A stretch of DNA of 29,243 nucleotides from Candidatus Nanohalarchaeota archaeon (GTDB lineage Archaea; EX4484-52; B79-G9). The translations under genes and the position numbers were made by a program. The notes under the pieces were generated by a model. That model had not been told where the DNA came from. It made no database searches and saw nothing but the letters and a program-made list of their open reading frames with translations. Below are positions 6,665-14,413 of the stretch, in pieces. Every line of letters starts with the position of its first letter. Positions within the stretch are counted from its first letter, which is position 1. Where the stretch lies: assembly GCA_030594795.1 (NCBI GenBank), contig JAUVEK010000001.1:1-29243 (forward strand), written 5' to 3'.

Positions 6665-9136
6665 ATGAAACCTGTATACTTGACATGTCTGGGATTGGTC
6701 ATTTTATTTAACCTTACCTCTGCTGCTCATGCATTATCCTGCGATATAGCTCCCGAGGAAATGTGGGTTGATAATAACATTGACTCATGGCTAACCCAAA
6801 ATTACATAAGCATAAATTGCACATGCTCATGCACACATGCTTGGGCTGATTTAAGAGACAACACTAATATTATTGCTTACATCGACCTGGAAAACATTTC
6901 AGGATATTATAGTGGAAACATTTTATTAGAAAACATCCTGCCTTCTGGCGACTATAATATAAACACATATTGCAGCAATTCATCAACAAACGAATCATGC
7001 AACGGGAGCACAACACTTAAAGTAAATGAGTTAAGCTCTAATCTGGTCTCTACTGCGCCCCCAATAATATATCCTGACGATGTAGTGGATATCAGACTTG
7101 AATTTAAAAATAACGGGGAGCCAATCACCACAGGCGCAATCTTCAAAATCGACCTAGGCAACACTCAAATCCCATTGCAGGGAACACCCGTATTCACAGC
7201 AAATTACTGGAACATAAAAGCAAAAGTTCCGCAATCCTTCGACAATTATGACATGCAGGACCTAAAGATTACTGCAACATACAAAGAACAATCAATTTCC
7301 TTAACATCCTATGACTATTGTGAAATTAATCCTCTGCTTAATGTAAATATTATTAACCCCCCCTTCTTTACCCCGTACAGATTAACAGACACAGAAGACA
7401 TCGAAGTCACAGTCGAGGTACTGCACAAAAATGACCTGATAGATAAATCATACATTTCAGGATTTAAGGCAAAACTGGACGACAAAAGAGTAAAAATCGA
7501 AAAAATAGATTATATAGACGACGATTGGATTTTACTGGTAAATATACCCAAACGCGCACCAAGAGAAAAACCCTATGACCTTGACATCTACGTAACATAT
7601 AAGGAAATAGATGCAAAAAGCTCAAAGTCAATCCCGATTCAGTTTAGTCTCCCGTTTAAAGGTACACTGCTAAACGCAAAAGACAGCCCTGTCTCTAACG
7701 TTGATATCAGGCTGAAATCATCAGATTTTGAAGAAAAAATCAAAACAGATAACGCAGGGCACTATTCTACAGTTATTCCCCCCGGAACATACACCATTGA
7801 AATATTATTCCCCCAATTTCAAACAAAACTCATCGACGTGGACCTTCGCTCCAACATTGATAACTTTGAATTAATCCAGAATATAATTCAGTATGATTAC
7901 TTTGAATCAAAAGACATAGACTCAAAAAAGACAGTGGTTTTGGAAGTTGCACTGCCATTTAAGGGTGCGCACCTGAAAATACCCTACTCAGACGCAGAGT
8001 TTACAGACGAGGACAGAATAATGGTATACCGGTGCAAAAAATGGAATTATAATGAAAGAATCTGCGAGGGTGGCTGGGAAGATATTGAAGCAACCATAGA
8101 CACACAAAGAAACTTAATCAGTATTTATACAGAAGCATTATCCGCCTTTTCCATATTTGAGAAAAAAAGAATTAATCTGGACATAAGTCTGGATAAAGAG
8201 AAATACTGTCTGGAAGAAAAACTGAATTTAAACGGAAAATTATTGGATGAAGAGCTAAACGCTATAAGTGATGCAACAATAACTTACAATGTAGAAGGCA
8301 TTTCCGGGAAAGTTACAACAGATTCTAGTGGTGATTTTTCAGCAACACTCAGCGCTCCTGAAAAAGAAGGCACATTTGATTTGAATGTAGAAGCTAAAAA
8401 AGATCCCTATTTAATCAAAAAAACCATCAAAATAACAACATATAGAAAAAAAGCGCTCGCAATTTCAACACCAGCCTCACCATCTTTGGATCTGGACATC
8501 CCTTCTTTCATCGCATTTACCATAAGCAATACCGGTCAGTCCGCAGTCAGGGACATTGCTCTTTCTGTCAGCGGAATCCCCGAAGGATGGTACCAGCTAA
8601 GCTCTTCCAAAATTGACCGCATAGATGCCGGTGAAAAACAGGAAATTGAGATGAAACTCCTTTTATCCAAAGATCAGTGTACAAACAATTTGTGTAAACA
8701 ACAATACACTGTAAACTTAAATGCGAAATCAGACGTTGCAGCCACAACATCAGGCTTTACATTAAACATAAATGGCATAAATCCGCAACCAGAACCCACG
8801 TCCCCGGCAGAGGAAACAAAAACAAATGATCCTCATGTCACGGGATTATTTACAGGAACAGGAGGCGGCAGCAATATTCTGACAATTCTTGTGATTCTCA
8901 TTGCGCTTGCATCAATTATTTTATTGGCAAAAAAAAGTAATATTCTCAAAAACGACTCACGTAGCTGCTTAACCATGCTGATCCGGGACGTTAAAAATGA
9001 AGTTTTAAAAACAGAAAATAGTGGCGAAGCATCCTTTGGAATATCAGCAGCAGAAGGCGTAAGTATTAAGAATAATGAAACACAAAAAAAAGACCTTGAA
9101 AATACCATAATAAATCCATTCTCCAGAAACGAATAG
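6665..9136 (+). CDS. Large membrane-anchored multi-Ig-domain surface protein, paralog B
   Basis: Signal peptide (..SAAHA). Same domain string as 1..1779 (YRCKKWNYNERICEGGW, LDKEKY, ISNTGQ..W, C...C), then a Pro/Glu/Thr linker, TM helix and cytoplasmic tail. Starts 2 nt after the minD stop. Confidence 0.8.
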   Translation: MKPVYLTCLGLVILFNLTSAAHALSCDIAPEEMWVDNNIDSWLTQNYISINCTCSCTHAWADLRDNTNIIAYIDLENISGYYSGNILLENILPSGDYNINTYCSNSSTNESCNGSTTLKVNELSSNLVSTAPPIIYPDDVVDIRLEFKNNGEPITTGAIFKIDLGNTQIPLQGTPVFTANYWNIKAKVPQSFDNYDMQDLKITATYKEQSISLTSYDYCEINPLLNVNIINPPFFTPYRLTDTEDIEVTVEVLHKNDLIDKSYISGFKAKLDDKRVKIEKIDYIDDDWILLVNIPKRAPREKPYDLDIYVTYKEIDAKSSKSIPIQFSLPFKGTLLNAKDSPVSNVDIRLKSSDFEEKIKTDNAGHYSTVIPPGTYTIEILFPQFQTKLIDVDLRSNIDNFELIQNIIQYDYFESKDIDSKKTVVLEVALPFKGAHLKIPYSDAEFTDEDRIMVYRCKKWNYNERICEGGWEDIEATIDTQRNLISIYTEALSAFSIFEKKRINLDISLDKEKYCLEEKLNLNGKLLDEELNAISDATITYNVEGISGKVTTDSSGDFSATLSAPEKEGTFDLNVEAKKDPYLIKKTIKITTYRKKALAISTPASPSLDLDIPSFIAFTISNTGQSAVRDIALSVSGIPEGWYQLSSSKIDRIDAGEKQEIEMKLLLSKDQCTNNLCKQQYTVNLNAKSDVAATTSGFTLNINGINPQPEPTSPAEETKTNDPHVTGLFTGTGGGSNILTILVILIALASIILLAKKSNILKNDSRSCLTMLIRDVKNEVLKTENSGEASFGISAAEGVSIKNNETQKKDLENTIINPFSRNE

Positions 9137-9151
9137 ATGATAAGGATATGG

Positions 9152-9185
9152 CAAAGCCCTGTGCTCAATTTAGGGTTTTGTTTTT
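9152..9185 (+). terminator. Intrinsic terminator-like hairpin
   Basis: CAAAGCCCT / AGGGTTTTG 9-bp stem with one G-U pair and an 11-nt loop, followed by TTTTT, 15 nt after the 9136 stop. Confidence 0.5.
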
Positions 9186-9286
9186 CTGAAAGGAACTATG
9201 GAAAATTGAAGAAGAAATACAACACGAATTGAAATTTGCTTTTCGAAGAGGAATAAATGCAAAATCTCTGTTAAATTAATGAAATC

Positions 9287-9294
9287 TTTATATA
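9287..9294 (+). promoter_or_regulatory. TATA box of the 9374 gene
   Basis: GAAATC-TTTATATA about 80 nt upstream of an SD-preceded ATG. Confidence 0.45.
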
Positions 9295-9373
9295 CTACCT
9301 CAACATAGAATATATATGTTAACTTAAACTAGGAATTCAGAGTTAATATTAATCAAATTTGTGAGGGGATAAA

Positions 9374-10279
9374 ATGGAAATAGAGGGAGATAAATATTTT
9401 GTTCTATTGTACTTATTGTTATTGTTAGTGGTCTTGGCTACACCTGCTGTGTTAGCAGACGGCGACTATGATGACCTTAACACCACTGTGACAGTAGGAA
9501 ATTCTGCACCAACAGTCGGGACAATAACCTGCAACGCCAGTTCCTATACACCGATAGCAGAATCATCATTTTTCTTTAACTGTACAGCAACTGTTTCAGA
9601 CAATAACGGCTATGAGGATTTAACAGCCATTCGTGGAGAATTTTACAATGACACCTTGGGTTATGCTAACAATCACACCAAACATTACAACAACAATACG
9701 TGTATATTCATTAGTAATGCATCAGCCACAGAGAGGACAGTAGAATGCCGTTTCGAGGTATACTACTTCGCAAATCCTGCACACTGGACTATCTATTTCA
9801 ACGTAACCGATGAAGCCGGCGCCACAGGAATCAACACGAGTACTATAACCATAAACCAATTAGTAGCATTGAATGTTACCAATACAACAATTCCTTTTGG
9901 AAATGTTGGTCTCGATGAACTATCGGATCAGATAACAACAACAATCAAGATTACAGGAAATGTTGACCTTGACCTGAATATTAACGAGTCCCAACATAAT
10001 AGCAATATGACCTGTGACGGCACTGGCTCTGCGAACATAAGCACAAACGCAACATCAACAGGTGTAAGATACAACACTACAGACGCTTTTACTTTTGATG
10101 AGACAGCATGGAAACTTTCATCAGGCAACGACTGGCTAGACATCAACTGGTCAAAATCGTATGAGACATCGGACACGGCCCCTCCGCAATACAATCTATA
10201 TTGGAGAATAAAAATACCTGCAACGGGCGTATCAGGAAACTGTACAACCATAACAAGAATATCAGCAACTGCAAGCTAA
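9374..10279 (+). CDS. Secreted two-domain Ig-like protein with a WxL/CSU-like C-terminal domain, heavily N-glycosylatable
   Basis: Signal peptide (..PAVLA) and no TM anchor. C-terminal domain pattern LNVTNTTIPFG..TGNVDLDL..YWRIKIP.TG.SG.CT...I.A. Has 18 sequons and SD GAGGGGATAAAATG. Confidence 0.65.
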   Translation: MEIEGDKYFVLLYLLLLLVVLATPAVLADGDYDDLNTTVTVGNSAPTVGTITCNASSYTPIAESSFFFNCTATVSDNNGYEDLTAIRGEFYNDTLGYANNHTKHYNNNTCIFISNASATERTVECRFEVYYFANPAHWTIYFNVTDEAGATGINTSTITINQLVALNVTNTTIPFGNVGLDELSDQITTTIKITGNVDLDLNINESQHNSNMTCDGTGSANISTNATSTGVRYNTTDAFTFDETAWKLSSGNDWLDINWSKSYETSDTAPPQYNLYWRIKIPATGVSGNCTTITRISATAS

Positions 10280-10432
10280 TAAACCCGGTTTAACAAGGAT
10301 CAGTGCAACAGTGTAAATATGCCGATCAATAAAGCTTAAAAATGGGTAAGAGGGTATATATCTTATTTTTGTTGCCCTCGTTCTTCTTCTTTTATTTTCT
10401 GGCGGGTCTGTTCCACTAACAAAGATATAATC

Positions 10433-10440
10433 TTATAAAC
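10433..10440 (+). promoter_or_regulatory. TATA box, probably leaderless transcript
   Basis: TTATAAAC ending 21 nt before ATG 10462, with no SD. Confidence 0.4.
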
Positions 10441-10461
10441 ACGAATAGACAATATTTACAC

Positions 10462-11796
10462 ATGTCAAAACTCCAAAAGATTTCATTAGCTATCTTCTTT
10501 ACCGCACTTATCCTGTCAACTTTATCAGGCATCGTTTACGCCGGAGGATTCGCAGCAGGTCCAGGCAAAATGTATTTCAACAAAGTGCTCAGAGGCGGAT
10601 ATGCTGAGCAGGAAATCTATTTATACAATCCGGAAGACCGTATAAGCGATATTGAAATATCTGTTGAGGGCCCCTTTGCCGACTGGCTCTATTTTGATCC
10701 GGGGAAAAAATTCAGTATTCCAAAAAAAGGCAGCCGTTATATCAAAACATATATCGAACCTCCGGCAGACATGGCAAACGGAATTTATGAAGGTTCTATT
10801 AACATACTGTCCCGGCCAAGGCGCATCCCTACAATAGATGGCCATGGCATGTCCCTCGAAACAGCCATTAGCCTGAAAGTATTTATAGAGATAACAGGCG
10901 AACAAATAATAAGATATAAAGTAAAAAACATTGCAGTACAAAGCGTTGAAGAAGGATATACCATCCCCTTTTCTATCACGGGCATAAACAATGGAAATGT
11001 TAAAGTCTCCCCCAAAATCCAAATAGATATCTCTAATTGGGATAAATCAATATTAATGAAGTCAGATAATTTCACATTAGCAGAGACATTACCAACAACA
11101 GAAAAAACATACAGCTTAAACATTTCTTCAAAGAATTTAAGAGAAGGTCAATACTGGGCAAACGTCTCAGTTTTTGTTGCAGATAATGTAGTAGAAAAGA
11201 AATTATTAACATTTGACATCATGAAAAAAGGTTCACTGACAAGGAGAGGAGAACTCGTAAACATAAAAACAGGCAAACCCTGGATAAAAGTTGGAGATGT
11301 TGCCCGGGTAGACGCTGTTTTTAAAAACACAGGTCAGATATCAACGAACGCAAAATTTAAAGGCGAAGTTTATATCAATGAAGTATTAATTGAAACTTTG
11401 GAAAGTGATGAACTGGAAGTGCCAATCGGCAAAACAGTCAATTTGACTGCATACTATACCCCGCAAAAGCCTGGCAGGTACACAATCAACGGTGTCGTTT
11501 ACTATTCAGGCAAAATGACATACGAAAAAGGAACTATAATCAATGTATCTCCAACAGAGAAATTACCCGGGAGTGTAAATTCATTAGAAAAAAGAATGGT
11601 ATTGCTGGGTCTTTTAGCTTTCTTTCTCATTACATTATATTTATGGAACAGGGCAAAAAACAGTGGATATAAAGATTATGACCTTAAATCCGTATCCGGC
11701 AAGTTCAACACTGTTGAAAATAATCTGGAAAAAATAATAAGAGACACCAAAAGGATAAATAAGAAGATACAAAGACTAAAAATAAGGCGGTTCTGA
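10462..11796 (+). CDS. Membrane-anchored three-Ig-domain protein, PapD/WxLIP (DUF916-DUF3324)-like
   Basis: Signal peptide. First domain FAAGP.K.YF..L.RG....IYLYNP..W...I.PP.D..G.YEG.I. Second domain NNGNVKVSP. Third CARDB-like domain FKNTGQ..PQKPGRY. C-terminal TM and basic tail. Confidence 0.6.
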   Translation: MSKLQKISLAIFFTALILSTLSGIVYAGGFAAGPGKMYFNKVLRGGYAEQEIYLYNPEDRISDIEISVEGPFADWLYFDPGKKFSIPKKGSRYIKTYIEPPADMANGIYEGSINILSRPRRIPTIDGHGMSLETAISLKVFIEITGEQIIRYKVKNIAVQSVEEGYTIPFSITGINNGNVKVSPKIQIDISNWDKSILMKSDNFTLAETLPTTEKTYSLNISSKNLREGQYWANVSVFVADNVVEKKLLTFDIMKKGSLTRRGELVNIKTGKPWIKVGDVARVDAVFKNTGQISTNAKFKGEVYINEVLIETLESDELEVPIGKTVNLTAYYTPQKPGRYTINGVVYYSGKMTYEKGTIINVSPTEKLPGSVNSLEKRMVLLGLLAFFLITLYLWNRAKNSGYKDYDLKSVSGKFNTVENNLEKIIRDTKRINKKIQRLKIRRF

Positions 11797-11820
11797 TTAA
11801 TCCGCATTTATAGCCGCGAA

Positions 11821-13032
11821 CTAATCCTCCAAAACAACCCTCAAATCATCATCAATCTCAAAGTTCACATTATCCGATATCCCCTTGAAAATACTCCTAA
11901 GCAAAAGAACCTCATTTCTCTTAAGCGCCATATACCGAACCATCACAGCAATACTGAACGGATAGTTAAGCGCCATCGCTTTCACATGCTCAAGAGCAAG
12001 ATCATCAAGCCTCCTCAAAGTCCCGTCAATCTTGCCGGTCTTCTTGAACTCATTTAACCCGTTCCTGAACCCTTCCTCGTAAGGAGTCCCGGAAACAATC
12101 CTTGAAACATCCTCAACATTTTGAATAGAACACAACTCATCCCTTTTTTCAGAATCAATAAAAAGCCCGGCAGGAACAAACTGCTCACTCTCCATATCCG
12201 GCCTCCCTTTATCCAAAAGAATCCGAAGAGCAACAGAGATATTCAAAACATCTGCAGTCATGCCAGCGTAATTCCTGACAACAAAAGAATCAACAGCATT
12301 CATATGCGCGCGGCCATTCAGCGCCTTCTTATCCCCCAAAAACCTCAGGAAACCACGCACAGGCTGCGGCTCAGCATCCTCATACAGCCTCAATAGATTA
12401 TACTTATCAAGCATAGCCTCAAGCAGACCAGGATTCTCTTCATCATGACACTTTTTAAGATACTCATCAATCACAGGATAATACACAGTATCCTTCAGTT
12501 TCTCAAGAGCCTCAGCAATATCTTCACAGGAAACAACTTCACTCATCTTATCAAAACCAAATCCACTAACATCCACAAAACAATGCTTAACATCATCTTT
12601 GCCGGGATTCCCATCATTCATAACAATGCGCAGCGCGTTCCTGACATTATATATCTCCCACTCCCGCACATAAAAATTAAAAAGCGGCATCGCCATCTTA
12701 GGAGAGAACTTCCGGACCTCAAGAACATTGTCAACAAAATACTGGTTAAAAACCCTCTCGCAATCACTGGTATCAGCATCACAGATTTTACTGTAATCCG
12801 TACCACTCAGCACCTCAAAAGCATCCTTGACCGACTTTTCCCCTGCAATCTCCCGCAATCGCGCACCTGAAAAAAGTCTCGCATCCATCGCAGCCAGACG
12901 TGCATTCGGGTAAGCATACGCGAAAACAGGCCACAATCTGCGAATCACCACCAGAAAAAACACAGCAAAAAAAACAAGGACTGCAGCAACAACAGCATAC
13001 ACCGGCTCAATCATCATAATACCAATATTCAT
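11821..13032 (-). CDS. atpC: A/V-type ATPase subunit C (AC39), second copy with N-terminal hydrophobic helix
   Basis: YAYPNARLAAMDARL, D..N....LR and P..I..Y...K.NE...LR.I motifs. N-terminal VYAVVAAVLVFFAVFFLVVI. Start set to ATG 13032 (the ORF track extends to TTG 13041). Confidence 0.85.
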   Translation of the reverse strand: MNIGIMMIEPVYAVVAAVLVFFAVFFLVVIRRLWPVFAYAYPNARLAAMDARLFSGARLREIAGEKSVKDAFEVLSGTDYSKICDADTSDCERVFNQYFVDNVLEVRKFSPKMAMPLFNFYVREWEIYNVRNALRIVMNDGNPGKDDVKHCFVDVSGFGFDKMSEVVSCEDIAEALEKLKDTVYYPVIDEYLKKCHDEENPGLLEAMLDKYNLLRLYEDAEPQPVRGFLRFLGDKKALNGRAHMNAVDSFVVRNYAGMTADVLNISVALRILLDKGRPDMESEQFVPAGLFIDSEKRDELCSIQNVEDVSRIVSGTPYEEGFRNGLNEFKKTGKIDGTLRRLDDLALEHVKAMALNYPFSIAVMVRYMALKRNEVLLLRSIFKGISDNVNFEIDDDLRVVLED

Positions 13033-13037
13033 TTGAA

Positions 13038-13655
13038 TCAATTGAACAAAATTTTAGACACACCAGACCTTATTCTGTCTTCCTTTATTTTAAAAACAGA
13101 CTCAAACGAATAATCCAGAAACATATTATTCGCTGCATCATGTAGAATAATCCCGAAAGGCATCTTCCTGGCATCCTTCTCAAACTTAATCCTGCGCCCG
13201 CTCTCCTTTACAACATCCCCAAGAGTCCTCGAATCAAGAACATCGCATGTTTCCCTGTTTGCAATAATTGCCAGCTTATCTCCCCTGCATTCATCTATCC
13301 CGCGCCTCAAAAGCAAGAGCAGCTCTCTCCTAAATGATTTCGCATCAGCATTACCCAGTTCTTTCATAGCATAAGAGATACTCTCATCAATCAGCTCTTC
13401 TCTGGCATCAAGCATCATCCTGTTCATTTCAACATTAGTCTGCGCATTAATCTTCTTAGTCTCAGCTTCAGCCCTTTTTTTGGCATCCTTAAGAATTCGG
13501 TTCTTGATTATCTTCACTCGCGAGTCAGTCTCATCATTCATCTTACCTATTTTTGCCTCAGTATCTGCCTCAATTACCTTTATTTTAGAGCGCACTTTAA
13601 GCTTGATTTCATCCTTGATAAGCATAGAGCCGTCATGAACTATCACACGCATCAC
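13038..13655 (-). CDS. atpE: A/V-type ATPase subunit E, second divergent copy
   Basis: N-terminal coiled coil and C-terminal GIIL..A....LDYSFESVF....IRSGVSKILF, typical of subunit E. Lies between K and C. Confidence 0.75.
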   Translation of the reverse strand: MMRVIVHDGSMLIKDEIKLKVRSKIKVIEADTEAKIGKMNDETDSRVKIIKNRILKDAKKRAEAETKKINAQTNVEMNRMMLDAREELIDESISYAMKELGNADAKSFRRELLLLLRRGIDECRGDKLAIIANRETCDVLDSRTLGDVVKESGRRIKFEKDARKMPFGIILHDAANNMFLDYSFESVFKIKEDRIRSGVSKILFN

Positions 13656-13658
13656 ACA

Positions 13659-14138
13659 CTAAAGCAGGCCGAGCCCGATCAATATGAGAACACCGCCGGC
13701 AAGCCCGAAAATTGCAAAAGTTTCAGCCATAGCAGCAAGCACCACAAACTTCCCGAAAGCTTCCGGCTGTTTGGCAGATGCAGAAATACCCGCAGTCGCT
13801 ATAGCCCCCTGTGATACAGCAGAAAAACTCGTAATTCCAATTGCAAGGGCAACACCTAAAACAGCAACACCAGTCATTAAGGACACATCATTCAGAGGCG
13901 ATGAAAACATACCCACACTCAGCATAATCAGAATTCCGCCAAGCAATCCGTAAACTGCCTGCGTCTGCGGAAGCGACTGCAGCACAAGCGCAGTCCGAAA
14001 CTGCTTCGGGTTCTCCGCAACAGCCCCTGCTCCTGCAATACCAGCAAGACCAACGCCAATGCTCGAAGAAAGGCCGGCCATGCCTATTGAAATACCTGCA
14101 GCGAGCGCAGCAAGCGCCATACCAATACTAATTACCAT
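13659..14138 (-). CDS. atpK: A/V-type ATPase proteolipid subunit K/c, four-TM type with NtpK-like Na+ site
   Basis: Duplicated hairpin with LPQTQAVYG, SAVSQG and AMAETFAIFG, matching E. hirae NtpK LPGTQGLYG / SGIAQG / AMVETYAILG. Start set to ATG 14138, which lies 22 nt after a TATA box. Confidence 0.92.
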   Translation of the reverse strand: MVISIGMALAALAAGISIGMAGLSSSIGVGLAGIAGAGAVAENPKQFRTALVLQSLPQTQAVYGLLGGILIMLSVGMFSSPLNDVSLMTGVAVLGVALAIGITSFSAVSQGAIATAGISASAKQPEAFGKFVVLAAMAETFAIFGLAGGVLILIGLGLL

Positions 14139-14160
14139 AAGATATCTGTGGTTGTACCAG

Positions 14161-14168
14161 TATTTATA
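14161..14168 (-). promoter_or_regulatory. Internal TATA box driving atpK
   Basis: GAATAAAC-TATAAATA on the minus strand, 22 nt upstream of ATG 14138, overlapping the upstream stop codon. Confidence 0.55.
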
Positions 14169-14370
14169 GTTTATTCCCAAACATTCTGCACATTGGCTTT
14201 ATCGCAGCCAAAACAAAAACAAGACCATACCAGTACCATTCAAGGCAAAGCACAGGCTCCCAGAGTTTCGCAGCCATCAAAACAAAACCAGCAGTACTCA
14301 GTTTTATCAGTGATATATCTGTCCAGCCTAACTTTTTCACTTTTGAATCCGCCCAAGTCCCCAAACTCAT
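14164..14370 (-). CDS. Small two-TM membrane protein of unknown function between atpI and atpK
   Basis: 68 aa with two hydrophobic segments (LIKLSTAGFVLMAAKLW, WYWYGLVFVLAAIKP). Perfect SD GGAGGTG at 14378-14384. Confidence 0.75.
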   Translation of the reverse strand: MSLGTWADSKVKKLGWTDISLIKLSTAGFVLMAAKLWEPVLCLEWYWYGLVFVLAAIKPMCRMFGNKL

Positions 14371-14413
14371 ATTCTTTCACCTCCTTTCAATTTAATTGTT
14401 CGCTCCGCAATTA

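Noticed and set aside
9199-9279. Start-less fragment WKIEEEIQHELKFAFRRG resembling a DDE transposase W-x-I-E motif
   Set aside because: Too short, no start codon, no terminal inverted repeats or target duplication. Likely chance.
1854-10279. Secreted subunits as type IV pilins/archaellins or archaeosortase substrates
   Set aside because: No class III signal (K/R-G/A followed directly by a hydrophobic helix) and no PGF-CTERM tripartite motif in any of these proteins.
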